Shown piece after piece: positions 45,634-55,333 of a DNA stretch of 64,000 nt. Positions within the stretch are counted from its first letter, which is position 1. The number at the start of each line of letters is the position of its first letter. This DNA comes from an uncultured Acidobacteriota bacterium (lineage in GTDB: Bacteria; Acidobacteriota; Thermoanaerobaculia; Multivoradales; UBA5704), in assembly GCA_963799925.1 (NCBI GenBank), contig CAWCYZ010000004.1:903445-967444 (forward strand), written 5' to 3'. Made by a program: the position numbers and the translations under genes. The notes under the pieces are model-generated. The model made no database searches. It saw only the letters and a program-made list of their open reading frames with translations, and was not told the DNA's origin.

Positions 45634-46719
45634 ATGGCTACCCATCGGCCGCCCGCCCGCCCGCCGGCTCGAGCCCCCAAGCTCCTCCTCCTGGCGAGCT
45701 ACGCGACGGCGGAGGACCTCGCCGCCGACCGCGTCGCCGGGCGGCTGATGCTCGCCGGGCTCGACCGCCGCGGCATCGACTGGCAGCTCCACCAGCCCTG
45801 GCTGCCCTGCCCCGACCTCGCCGACTTCGACGCCGTCCTCTGCTGGACCTACCGCTGGCAGGTCGACAGCTTCCCCTTCTGGGCCGGGCGGATCGAGCGC
45901 CAGGCGGCGGCGCTCGGCATCCCGGTCGTCAACGGCGTCGAGCGCTGCGCCGAGCCGCACTCCTACTTCCTCCGCGCCTGGCGGGAGCGCGGCGTCCCCT
46001 GCGCCGCGGCGCGCCGCTTCGCCCGCGCCGCCGAGCTCGACGGCCTCGGCCTCGCCTACCCGCTGCTCGTCCGCCGCGACGGCGTCCACCGGGGCCAGGA
46101 CGTCCACCTCGTGGCGACGCCGGAGGAGGCGCGGGCGCTCGTCGCCGGGCGCGAGCGCGACCGCGAGACGCTGCGCGGCGCCGAGCGCCCGCGCGGCCGC
46201 TTCGATCTCGCGATCGAGTTCGTCGACACCGCCGACGAGCGCGGCGTCTACCGCAAGTGGCGCAGCTACGTCGTCGGCCAGCGGGTGATCCCCCGCCTCC
46301 TCGAGCTGTCGCGCCACTGGCTGGTCAACTTCGGCAACCTGATCGAGGACGCCGCGGCGGCCGCCGAGGACCGCGCCTTCGTGCGCGACGGGGATCCCCG
46401 CCCGGACCTCCTGCGCGAGGCGGCGCGCTGGACCGGCGCCGACATCGTCGCCCTCGACTACGCCCGGCGGCGCGACGGCGGCTACGTCTTCTGGGAGGCG
46501 AACCGCCATTTCCTGATGCTGGGCGACCCCGGCTACGAGCGGCCGGAGCGGATGCACGCCGCGACCGGCAGGAGCCCCGAGGAGCGGCGGGCGGAGGACG
46601 AGCGGCTGGGGCTCGCCATCGCCGACCTGGTGATCGAGCGCGCGGCGGGCGCGCGTGCCGCGGACGCCGAACCGTCCATCGTGGACGCCGCCGCCGCCGT
46701 TCCGACCGCCGGGCGCTAG
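45634..46719 (+). CDS. ATP-grasp-family ligase (RimK-like), paralog 1
   Basis: 361-aa ORF starting 3 nt after the PRTase stop, with YPLLVRRDGVHRGQDVHLV, LAIEFVDTADERGVYRKWRSYVVG and VALDYARRRDGGYVFWEANR (an ExN-type Mg site). Confidence 0.7.
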   Translation: MATHRPPARPPARAPKLLLLASYATAEDLAADRVAGRLMLAGLDRRGIDWQLHQPWLPCPDLADFDAVLCWTYRWQVDSFPFWAGRIERQAAALGIPVVNGVERCAEPHSYFLRAWRERGVPCAAARRFARAAELDGLGLAYPLLVRRDGVHRGQDVHLVATPEEARALVAGRERDRETLRGAERPRGRFDLAIEFVDTADERGVYRKWRSYVVGQRVIPRLLELSRHWLVNFGNLIEDAAAAAEDRAFVRDGDPRPDLLREAARWTGADIVALDYARRRDGGYVFWEANRHFLMLGDPGYERPERMHAATGRSPEERRAEDERLGLAIADLVIERAAGARAADAEPSIVDAAAAVPTAGR

Positions 46720-46733
46720 GCGGCGCGCCCGCC

Positions 46734-47678
46734 ATGCCCGTGCGGCTCCTCGTCTCGACCTCCTACCGGACGCCCGAGGGCTTCCGCGAGTTCCAGGCCG
46801 CCCGTCAGCTCGCCGCCGCGCTCGAGCGCCGCGGCATCGCCTGGGAGCTCCGCCAGCCGTGGCGGGACGCCGCCGACCTCGCCTCCTTCGACGCCGTCCT
46901 CAACTGGACCTATCGCCACACCTGGGGCGGCTTCCTGGCCCACGCCGCCCGCCTCGAGGCCCGGGCGGCGGCGCTCGGCCTGGCCGTCGTCAACCCCACC
47001 GGGAGCTTCACCTATCTCCATTCGCGCGACCTCGCCGTCTGGGCGCGCCGCGGCATCCCCTGCCCGCCGCACCAGCGCTTCGCGGACCTGGGCGAGGTGC
47101 GCCTGCGCTATCCGCAGGTCCTGCGCCGCGACAGCGAGCACCAGGGGGGCCGCATGCACCGGGTCGGCGACGCCGTCGAGGCGCGCGCCGCCCTCGCCGC
47201 CGACCGCGGGACGGGCGCCGGGGAGAAGCCGCTCGACCTGGCCGTCGAGTTCGTCGACACCCGCTGGCCGGACGGCCTCTACCGCAAGCGCCGGGCCTAC
47301 GTGGTGGGCGGCGAGGTGATCCCGGCGCACGCCGTGCGCTCGGCGAGCTGGATCGTCAACTTCGGCGCGCGGGTCGGCACGCTCGCCTCCTATCGGGAAG
47401 ACAAGCGGTACCTCGGCGAGGGCGAGCCGCGGGCGGACCTGGTGCAGGCCGCCGTGGCGGCGCTCGGCGCCGATTGGGCGGCGGTCGACTACAGCCCGAC
47501 GCCGGCGGGGGAGTACGTCTTCTGGGAGGCCAACCGCAACCCGCGCATGTGGGGCGACAAGGGGCTGCCGGCGGCGAGCCGGGTGCGCGAGCCCGACCGG
47601 CGGTGGGGCGAGGCGCTGGTGGATCTCGTGCTGCGCCGGATGGCGGAGGCTCAGCGAGGTGGCCCGGATGGAGCCTAG
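46734..47678 (+). CDS. ATP-grasp-family ligase, paralog 2
   Basis: C-terminal part of ORF 44805..47678, starting from ATG 46734. It is collinear with paralog 1 (FDAVLNWTYRHTWGGF..., YPQVLRRDSEHQGGRMHRV, LAVEFVDTRWPDGLYRKRRAYVVG, AAVDYSPTPAGEYVFWEANR). Confidence 0.7.
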   Translation: MPVRLLVSTSYRTPEGFREFQAARQLAAALERRGIAWELRQPWRDAADLASFDAVLNWTYRHTWGGFLAHAARLEARAAALGLAVVNPTGSFTYLHSRDLAVWARRGIPCPPHQRFADLGEVRLRYPQVLRRDSEHQGGRMHRVGDAVEARAALAADRGTGAGEKPLDLAVEFVDTRWPDGLYRKRRAYVVGGEVIPAHAVRSASWIVNFGARVGTLASYREDKRYLGEGEPRADLVQAAVAALGADWAAVDYSPTPAGEYVFWEANRNPRMWGDKGLPAASRVREPDRRWGEALVDLVLRRMAEAQRGGPDGA

Positions 47679-47826
47679 CGGGATCCGGGGTCGCGAATCC
47701 GGCCCGATCCCGGATTCCGCCGCGCTCCATTGGGGCTCCATGCGCTCCGCCCCGGATTCCGCTGCGCTCTATCGGGGCTCCATGCGCTCATGCGCCAGGA
47801 CGTTGGAACGTCTCGAGATCGGTTCC

Positions 47827-48033
47827 CATTGTCATCCTGAGCGAAGCGAAGGATCTGGGCGGGGGCAGCCTCGAAGTCCAACGGATTTCGAGGCTTGGAC
47901 GTTCCCGCCTCCCAGGTCCTTCGCTTCGCTCAGGATGACAATGGAAGGTATGAGCGCATCGCAGTGGAGTACGCTTCTGTTGGTCCCCGAAAAATTCCCA
48001 GATCCTGAGCGAAGCGAAGGATCTGGGCGGGGG
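47827..48033. repeat. REP/MITE-like repeat cluster (cattgtcatcctgagcgaagcgaaggatctgggcggggg family)
   Basis: Forward copy at 47827-47866, inverted copy at 47906-47944 (together a long hairpin), and a third forward partial copy at 48001-48033. A second module, tcgcagtggagtacgcttctgttggtccccgaaaaattc, is at 47959-47997. Both modules recur at 60136-60243. Confidence 0.85.
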
Positions 48034-48236
48034 AGGCGTTGCCGTGCGAGGCCTTCCACCGCCCGCCCCGAGCGGGGTAAGGGGCCGCCCACGCCCCCTC
48101 ACCCCGCCCACCCGCTGGGCCGCCCCGCCGCCGGGAGGGGAGCCGCCGGAAGCTCGAGAGACGGAGATCGGCGACTCCGCTGCCGGCGGCATCGGCGCCA
48201 CCGCCCTCCCGCGTTGTACAGAGGTCGGAGCGGGCC

Positions 48237-49838
48237 ATGACCGCCGATCCATCGCTCGACGACTTCGTCGCGTCGCGCCGGCGCGAGGACAACCTGCCCG
48301 GCGTCGCCCTGGCCCTCGTCGCCGATGGCGAGGTCGTCGCCTGCCGCGCCTGGGGTGTCGCGGACCTCGCGTCCGGCGCGCCGCTCGGGCAGGATGCCGC
48401 CTTCCGGGCGGGCTCGCTCACCAAGCTCGTCACCGCGGCGACGGCGCTCCGGCTGGTCGAGCGGCGCGTCGTCGGGCTCGACGAGCCGGTCCTCCGCTAC
48501 GTCCCCTGGCTCGCGGCGCGCGCCGCCGGCGGCGGCCCGGCCGACCTTTCGGCGCTCACGCTGCGCCATCTCCTCGCCCATGGCTCGGGGCTGCCGCGGG
48601 GCCCCTACGGCATGGCGCCGCGCTCGACGGAAGAACGCCTCCGCGACCTCGCCGGCATGGCGCTCGCCTTCCCTCCCGGAGAGCGGAGCAAGTACTCGAA
48701 TCTCGGCTACGCCCTGGCCGCCCATGTCCTGGCGCAGGCCGCCGGGAGGCCCTACCACGAGCTGGCGCGCGAGCTGGTCCTGGCGCCCGCCGGCATGGAC
48801 GGCGCGGGCTTCGGCGCGCCGGCGACGTCAGCCGGCGGCCTCGCGACCGGCCACCAGCGCGGCCACTACCGCTCGCTGGTCCGCCGCGGCGACCGGCTGG
48901 AGCCGGCGCCGGACCTTCCGGCTGCCGAGGGAGCGGGAGATCTGGTGGCCTCCGCCCGAGACCTCGCCCGGCTCGCCAACGCTCTCTTGCCCGGCCGGCT
49001 TTCTCTTCTCTCCGCAGCTTCCTGGGCCGAGGTCACGCGGCCGCCGGTCGCGGCCGCCCCTGGCGCCCGCCCGTTCGGGCTCGCCCTCCGCCTCGGCCGC
49101 CGCTTCGGCCGGCCCTGCCTGGAGCAGGACGCCGGCCACTCCGGCTTCTTCGCGCTGCTTCGGATCTTCCCCGCGGACGGCGTCGCCGGCGTCGCCCTCG
49201 CCAACCGCTGCTCCGCCTACTACCCGGTCTCCGAGATCCTCGACCGCGCCCTGGCGCCGCTCCTTGCGGCGGGCGGCCGGCCCGCGGAGCGCGGCCCGGC
49301 GGACGACCTCGGGCGCTACGCGGGCGACTACCGCTCGCCCGCCGGCGCGCTCCGCGTCCGCCTCGCCGCCGGGCGCCTGGAGCTCGAGCACGGCGGAGAG
49401 GCGATCCCCCTCACCCGCCACGGCCGTGGCCACTTCATCCAGGAGCGCGGGCCGTTCTCCGACCACCTGGCGCGCTTCGCCTTCTCCGGCGCCGCCGGCA
49501 TCGGCGCCTGGGAGCTGACCGCCGGCCCGCGCCTCTGGGGGCGCGCCGGCGCCGGGCCGGCGTCGCGGTGGGAGGCGGCGCCGAGCCCCGATCCGGCGTT
49601 CGGCGCCCGCGCGGGGATCTATCACCGGCCCGGCTACGGCGATGCCCGCGTCTATGAGCGCGCGGGGCGGCTCTGGCTGTCGATGCACTACGCCGAAGAG
49701 GAGGAGCTGCTGCCGGCCGGCGACGGGACCTTCCGGCTCGCCGGCGGCGGTTTCGTCGGCGAGCCGGTGGAGTTCGAGACGGCGGCTGGGGAGGCGGCCG
49801 CGCTGGAGGCCGGCTCCATGCGGTTCGTGCGGCGCTGA
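48237..49838 (+). CDS. serine hydrolase of the beta-lactamase/transpeptidase-like family with a C-terminal extension
   Basis: 533-aa ORF with the SxxK motif FRAGSLTKLVT, the YxN motif KYSNLGY, and later DAGHSGF. Confidence 0.8.
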   Translation: MTADPSLDDFVASRRREDNLPGVALALVADGEVVACRAWGVADLASGAPLGQDAAFRAGSLTKLVTAATALRLVERRVVGLDEPVLRYVPWLAARAAGGGPADLSALTLRHLLAHGSGLPRGPYGMAPRSTEERLRDLAGMALAFPPGERSKYSNLGYALAAHVLAQAAGRPYHELARELVLAPAGMDGAGFGAPATSAGGLATGHQRGHYRSLVRRGDRLEPAPDLPAAEGAGDLVASARDLARLANALLPGRLSLLSAASWAEVTRPPVAAAPGARPFGLALRLGRRFGRPCLEQDAGHSGFFALLRIFPADGVAGVALANRCSAYYPVSEILDRALAPLLAAGGRPAERGPADDLGRYAGDYRSPAGALRVRLAAGRLELEHGGEAIPLTRHGRGHFIQERGPFSDHLARFAFSGAAGIGAWELTAGPRLWGRAGAGPASRWEAAPSPDPAFGARAGIYHRPGYGDARVYERAGRLWLSMHYAEEEELLPAGDGTFRLAGGGFVGEPVEFETAAGEAAALEAGSMRFVRR

Positions 49839-49848
49839 GGGCTCGCCG

Positions 49849-50163
49849 CTACCGCGCGCCCGGCAGCTTCGCCGCGAGCACGTCGATCTTCTCGATCGCG
49901 GGGGGCTGCGCTAGGAGCTCGCCGGCCTTCGCCATCAGGGCCGCGGCGACGCGGCCCGCGAGGTGGGCCTGGCGGCCCGCCTCGTCGGGGAAGGCGTCGA
50001 AGATGCCGAAGCTCGACGGCCCCATGCGGAGGGCGAACCAGGCGGTCGTCGCCGGCTCCTCCTCGACGATCGCGAGACCGCTCCGCAGGAAGCTCTCGAC
50101 CTCCGCTTCCTTCCCTGCCTTCGCCTCGAGCCGGACGAGCAACGCTACGTGGACCATGGTCAT
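49849..50163 (-). CDS. antibiotic-biosynthesis-monooxygenase (ABM/Dabb)-fold protein
   Basis: Within ORF 49849..50235. SD aaggag lies before ATG 50163. MTMVHVALLVRLEAKAGKEAEVESFLRSGLAIVEEEPATTAWFALRMGPSSFGIFDAFPDEAGRQAHL has the size and pattern of the ferredoxin-like ABM domain. Confidence 0.65.
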   Translation of the reverse strand: MTMVHVALLVRLEAKAGKEAEVESFLRSGLAIVEEEPATTAWFALRMGPSSFGIFDAFPDEAGRQAHLAGRVAAALMAKAGELLAQPPAIEKIDVLAAKLPGAR

Positions 50164-50259
50164 CGCTCCTTTTCTGTCAGGCCCGAGGATAGCAGCGCCG
50201 CCTGGACGGCGCGCTCGCGGCGCCGAGGCGACCACCCTCGTTCAATGCCCCGCGGCCGG

Positions 50260-50830
50260 CAGTGAGTGAGACCCGGGGCCGCACCCGTGCGGGTTCGTCC
50301 AAACCCGCTCGGGTTTCGCTGAACCCGCGCCGGTTTGGCGACGACCCCGCGCGGTTCGCGCATGCCGTGCCGCGGCCTGGCCAAGGCATGCGGCGGCATG
50401 CCCTAACCGCGCGGGGTTGCGGTCTCATGCAGTGGGGTTACGCGGCTGCCGGGCGGCGGAGCGCCGGTCTCGCGCCGCGTCACCACCGTTTTGAGCGCCG
50501 AAATCACTCCGCCGCCATGCCGCGTCGCTACGCCGTGTGCCGGTTTGGCCATGCGCCGTGGTGGCGCGGCGAAAACCCGCCGTGGTTTGGCCATGCCGCC
50601 GTGCCGCGCCACGCCGCCGCCGCAGCGTTTCACCACAGTACCGGGTGGCTTCGCGGCGCCGCGAGAGGGTTTCCCCGCGCGGGATGCCGGCGCGCGCGAG
50701 CCGCGGCGCGCGATGGCCGCGCCGGCGGGCGCGGCGGGGAAGGCATGGCTCGCCTTCCTCGTGCCGCTTCGCGGCGCGGCCGAGTTTCCCCTCCGCGCCG
50801 GCGGCCCCGCCTGCCTGGGCGGCGGGGCCG
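50260..50830. repeat. non-coding block of short G+C-rich repeated/palindromic words
   Basis: Recurrent words include ggtttggc(c/g), catgccg(c/t)g, gccgtgccgcg and aacccgc(g/t)c. All six frames give R/A/P/G-rich nonsense. It lies between two genes on the same (minus) strand: the ABM gene start at 50163 and the MCO stop at 50848. Confidence 0.6.
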
Positions 50831-50847
50831 CCGCGCATCACGTCACC

Positions 50848-52689
50848 TCACTTCACGATGTCGACGAGCTGCATCATCCCCTGGTCCTCGTGGGTGAGGA
50901 TGTGGCAGTGGAGGACGAAGCTGCCGTCGAAGTCGTCGTAGCGGGTGAGGAACTTGAAGTGGCCGGGGACGATCTTGCCCGTGCTGTCCTTGTGCCCCTT
51001 GGGGATGAGGAAGGTGTCGTGCCAGGGGCGCTGCTTGGGGTCGCCGATCCGCACCACCCCGCCGTCCGGCCGCGTGTACTCGCTCACCTGGAAGGGGTTG
51101 ACGTGGATGTGGAAGGGGTGGTCCTGGTCGGTGCAGTTGAAGACCGTCCACTCCTCGGTGGCGCCGAGCTTGAGGGTCTGGTCGACGCGGTGGGAGTCGA
51201 AGTCGTGGCCGTTGACGATGAAGCGCGGCCGCTTCAGCTTGTCGTCGAAGACGGTCGAGAAGTAGAGCGGCGGGCGCGCCTTGGCGATCCGCTCGTCGAT
51301 CGGCTGGATCTTGTCGCCGGGGAGGACGTCCGGGAGCTTCATCTCCTTGGCCTCGGGGAGGACGTCGATCTGGGCGAGGACCTGGTCCGGGTCGGTCACC
51401 CCCTTCTCCCGCATCGACTCGGACTTGTAGAGGTAATAGCGCCCCGGCTGCTCGATCTTGACCAGCACGTCGGCGCGGTTGCCGGGGGCCATGTCCAGCC
51501 GCTCGAGCGGCCGCCGCCGCGGCAGCGTGATGCCGTCGACCGCGATGACGTGGAGCTGGGCGTCCGGCACGTTGTCGCCCACCAGCCGGATCGGCAGCAC
51601 GTTGAGGAAGCCGGCATGGACGAAGCGCCAGCGCTCCACCTCGCCGCGGTGGAGGACGATCTGCGGCTTCACCTGGCCGTTGATCAGGGTGAGCTTGATC
51701 TTCTTGTTCCAGTTGCGCTCGAGGTCCTTGAAGCTCTCGCTGCGGCCGGTCGCCGGATCGTAGGAGAGCTGCTGGAAGACGAAGACCTTCTCGGCCGCGG
51801 CGCGGATCTCGGGCACCCGGTCGATGTCGCCCTCGAGGATCAGCGCCCCCTCCATGCCGCTGGCGAGCTGCAGGGCGGTCGAGCCGTGCTGGTGGGGGTG
51901 GTACCAGTCGGTGCCGGGGTGGTGGTCCTTGGGGATGCGCACGTCGACCTGGTACTTGCAGCCCGGCTCGACGGTCAGCAGCACGTCGTCCTGCGGCGGC
52001 CGCGGCGAGACGTGGAGGCCGTGGACGTGGAGGTTGGTGTCGTTCAGGCGGAAGCTGGCCGGGTTGTTGGGGTCGGCGTGCTCGTGCCCGTGGAAGGTGC
52101 ACTGGGCGGGCTTGCAGGGCGGGGCGCCGGGGGCCTGGCCGTTGCAGGGGAGGTCGTTCTCGAGCTTCACCCGCAGGTGGCGCTCGGCGTCGTCCTTCTT
52201 GAAGCGGAAGGTCGGCGCCGGCGTCGTCCCCTTGCCGGTGTGGGGGTCGATGTAGGACCGCAGCAGGAGGTCCTGGCCGTTGACGTGGAGCGTCGCGTAG
52301 GCGACGCGGAGGGTGGTGTCGATCAGGGTGTCGGCGGCGATCTCCGGCGGCTCGATCCACTTCGGGGCCGCCGCCTGGAAGAGCGCGCTCGCCTTGAGGT
52401 GCGCCATGCGCACCCCCTTCGACTCGGGGATCTCGACGCTCGGCAGCAGTGCCCCCAGCGGTCCCAGCGGCCCCGGCGCGCCGGCTTTCGCGGCCGCGGC
52501 GAGGTGGCCGCCGGCGCGCGGCGGCGGCGGCGATGGCGACGCGAGGTCGCAGGGGCCGTCGGCGGTCTGGACGATCGTGCTCTGTGCGGCGAGCGGGGCG
52601 ACGGCGGCGAGCCCCAGGATGGCGAAGAGGACGGCGCGGCTCCCGCGGTGGGGGCGCGCGCCGGAGGCGCGAAAGAAGGCAATGCTCAA
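50848..52689 (-). CDS. multicopper oxidase (laccase-like), secreted
   Basis: Within ORF 50848..53013. The likely start is TTG 52689, preceded by ggaggag. All four copper motifs are present: NLHVHGLHV, TDWYHPHQHG, HPFHIHVNPFQV and VLHCHILTHEDQGMM. Confidence 0.9.
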   Translation of the reverse strand: MSIAFFRASGARPHRGSRAVLFAILGLAAVAPLAAQSTIVQTADGPCDLASPSPPPPRAGGHLAAAAKAGAPGPLGPLGALLPSVEIPESKGVRMAHLKASALFQAAAPKWIEPPEIAADTLIDTTLRVAYATLHVNGQDLLLRSYIDPHTGKGTTPAPTFRFKKDDAERHLRVKLENDLPCNGQAPGAPPCKPAQCTFHGHEHADPNNPASFRLNDTNLHVHGLHVSPRPPQDDVLLTVEPGCKYQVDVRIPKDHHPGTDWYHPHQHGSTALQLASGMEGALILEGDIDRVPEIRAAAEKVFVFQQLSYDPATGRSESFKDLERNWNKKIKLTLINGQVKPQIVLHRGEVERWRFVHAGFLNVLPIRLVGDNVPDAQLHVIAVDGITLPRRRPLERLDMAPGNRADVLVKIEQPGRYYLYKSESMREKGVTDPDQVLAQIDVLPEAKEMKLPDVLPGDKIQPIDERIAKARPPLYFSTVFDDKLKRPRFIVNGHDFDSHRVDQTLKLGATEEWTVFNCTDQDHPFHIHVNPFQVSEYTRPDGGVVRIGDPKQRPWHDTFLIPKGHKDSTGKIVPGHFKFLTRYDDFDGSFVLHCHILTHEDQGMMQLVDIVK

Positions 52690-52897
52690 GGCGGCTCCTC
52701 CTATGGGAGGCGCGGGTCGGGACGCTGCGGCATGGGCCGCCCGCCGGGCGGCCGAACGACGACAGGTCGCGACGGCGGCGCCGCCGCTCCCGACCACGCT
52801 CCCGGGTTTTGGGTGGGAGATTACTAGCACGGCCCGAGCGCGGGCGCAACGGCGCGGGGGGCCAGCCGGCGCGGAGCGCGGTGATACGCTCGCCGCC

Positions 52898-54075
52898 GTG
52901 CCCCGCCACCCCCGCGTGAGCTCGGCGGCCGCGGCGCTGCCGGCGACGTCGTACTCGATCCCGCACCGCCTGACGGAGGCGGCGGAGGTCTTTCCGCTCC
53001 ACCTGGGCGACACCTGGCGGCTGCCTCCCGCCGGCTGCCGGCTCGAGGACCTCGCCGCGGCGCGCCATCCGGACCTCTATCGCTACGCGCCGCCGGGCGG
53101 CCTGCCGGCGCTGGTGGACGCGCTCGTCGAGCGGGCGCGGGCGGAGACCGGCGTTGCCCTGCGGCGCAAGAACGTGCTGGTGACGGCGGGCGCGACCGGC
53201 GCCTTCGCGGCGGTGCTCGGCGCGATCGTCGAGCCGGGGGACGAGGTGCTGCTCCTCTCGCCCCACTGGCCGCTCGCCGGCGGGCTCGTCGCCGCCTTCG
53301 GCGGCGTTCCGGTCGAGGTGCCGTTCCATCGCGCGACGGGGCCGGAGGGAATCCCGGGATCGGCCGACCAGACCGAAGCCGCGGTCGCCGCCGTCGCGGC
53401 GCGGGCGGGGGAGCGGACGGTCGCGCTCTACTTCAACTCGCCCAACAACCCCACCGGCGACGTCCTGCCGCGGGCGTGCATCGAGGCGCTCGTCCTCTGG
53501 GCGCGGAGCGCCGGGCTCTGGGTCCTGGCGGACGAGACCTACCGGGACTTCTGCTACGAGGGCGAGGCCGTCGACGCCTTCGGCCTCGCTCCCGAGCGCA
53601 CCTTCGCCTTCCGCTCGTTCTCGAAGTCCTTCGGCATGGCCGGCAACCGCTGCGGCTGGGTGATGGGGCCGCTGCCGGCGATGGGCGACGCGCTCCGCAT
53701 GGCGACGCAGCTCGTCTACTCGGCGCCGACCGGCGCGCAGCTCTGCGCTCTCGCCGCGCTCGACGGGCGCGGCGAGAGCTGGGCCGCCGAGGCCCGCGCC
53801 GAGTACCGCGCGACCGGCGTCCGCGCCGCCGCGCGCCTCGGCGTCGCGGCGCCGCGCGGCGCCACTTTCCTCTTTCTGGACTCTTGCCGAGCTGGCGGCC
53901 ATGGGGACGGCGATCTCCGGCCTTCCTCCGCTGCGCCGCCGACCGCGGCCTGCTGCTCTCCCCCGGCACCAGCTTCGGCCCGTACCCCACCTCGGTCCGC
54001 CTCTGCTTCAGCGCCGCGCCGCCCGCGGTCGTGCGGCGCGGCGTCGAGGTGCTGGGCGAGCTCCTCGGGCGGTAG
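52898..54075 (+). CDS. class I/II PLP-dependent aminotransferase, with a frameshift near 53880
   Basis: In the frame of ORF 52313..: YAPPGGLPALVDAL, NSPNNPTGDV, and the PLP-Lys motif FRSFSKSFGMAGNRCGW. The C-terminus RGLLLSPGTSFGPYPTSVRLCFS is in ORF 53476..54075. The start (GTG 52898 or 52916) is uncertain. Confidence 0.8.
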
Positions 54076-54076
54076 C

Positions 54077-55333
54077 GTGATCGCCCGGACGAGCGCCAGC
54101 CCGGGGAGCCCCGGGACGCCGGGGACCGCGGCGGTCGCCGCCAGCACGGACGCCGCCGTTCCCGCCGCGGTCGCCCGGCTGCAGCGGGGGATCGCCGCGG
54201 GCCTCCTCTACGGGGCACAGCTCTACGCCTCGGTGGATGGCATCGCCGCCGCGGATCTCGCGGTCGGCGAGAGCCGGCCGGGGGAGCCGATGACGCCCGA
54301 CCATCTGCTGCCCTGGCTCTCCTCGACCAAGCCGGCGACGGCGATCGCCGTCGCCCAGCTCTGGGAGGCGGGGGCGCTCGGCCTCGACGACCTGGTGGCG
54401 AGCCACATCCCGGAGTTCGCGCGCGGCGGCAAGGAGGCGATCACCCTCCGCCATCTCCTCACCCACAGCGGCGGCTTCCGCACGCTCGCGATCGGCGGCC
54501 CCAACCGCACCTGGGAGGAGAACCTCGCCCGCATCTGCGCCGTGCCGCTCGAGGCCGGCTGGGTGCCGGGCGAGCGCACCGCCTATCACCCGGCGTCATC
54601 GTGGTACGTCCTGGGGGAGATCGTGGCGCGGCGGAGCGGCCTGCCGATCGACCGCTACCTGCGCGAGCGGATCTTCGCGCCGCTGGGAATGGAGAGCTCC
54701 TGGGTGGGCATCCCGGCGGCGCGCTACGCGGCGCTCCGCCCGCGCCTCGCCCCGGTCTACCGGACCGGAGCGCCGCCTGCGAATACCACGCCGACCGGGC
54801 AGACCGGGTACGCCGCGCCCGCCGCCCGCTGGCGGCGCTACCCGTGGGACGACGCGGGCTGGGCGAGCCGCGTCTCGCCGGCCGAGAACGGCTGGGGGCC
54901 GGCGCGCGAGCTGGCGCGGCTCTACGAGATGCTGCTGGCGCGGGGCGCCTGGGGCGGCGCGCGCCTGCTGGCCGCGGAGACGGTCGCCGCGCTGACGGCG
55001 CCGCAGCTCGCCGCGGGGCGCTTCGACGAGTCACTCCGCCGGGTGGTCCACTGGGGGCTGGGGCTGCGGGTCAACGCGCCGGCGCCGGGGGCCGCGCGGC
55101 TCTCCGCCGCCGCCGAATTCGGCAACCACGCCGCCGCGGGTAGCTACGGCCACGGCGGCTTCCGCTCGTCGCTCGCCTTCGCCGACCCGGCGCGCGGCCT
55201 CGCCGTCGCCCTCGCCGTCAACGGCCTCCCCGGCGGCGCCGCCCACCGGCGCCTCGCCGCCGAGGTCGTCGAGGCGGTCTACGCCGACCTCGGCCTGGCG
55301 CCCGGTCGCCGGCGGGATCCGGGGCCGCCGTGA
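54077..55333 (+). CDS. serine hydrolase of the beta-lactamase family
   Basis: The GTG at 54077 lies 1 nt after the aminotransferase stop, in the frame of ORF 52313..55333. The SxxK motif is PWLSSTKPATAIAV. Also present are LLTHSGGF, YHPASSWYVLGEIV and YGHGGF. Confidence 0.75.
   Translation: MIARTSASPGSPGTPGTAAVAASTDAAVPAAVARLQRGIAAGLLYGAQLYASVDGIAAADLAVGESRPGEPMTPDHLLPWLSSTKPATAIAVAQLWEAGALGLDDLVASHIPEFARGGKEAITLRHLLTHSGGFRTLAIGGPNRTWEENLARICAVPLEAGWVPGERTAYHPASSWYVLGEIVARRSGLPIDRYLRERIFAPLGMESSWVGIPAARYAALRPRLAPVYRTGAPPANTTPTGQTGYAAPAARWRRYPWDDAGWASRVSPAENGWGPARELARLYEMLLARGAWGGARLLAAETVAALTAPQLAAGRFDESLRRVVHWGLGLRVNAPAPGAARLSAAAEFGNHAAAGSYGHGGFRSSLAFADPARGLAVALAVNGLPGGAAHRRLAAEVVEAVYADLGLAPGRRRDPGPP

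Noticed and set aside
50491-53902. 778-aa (+) and 1019-aa (-) ORFs over the multicopper oxidase region
   Set aside because: Only the frame of ORF 50848..53013 contains the four copper-binding motifs. The others are compositional artefacts.
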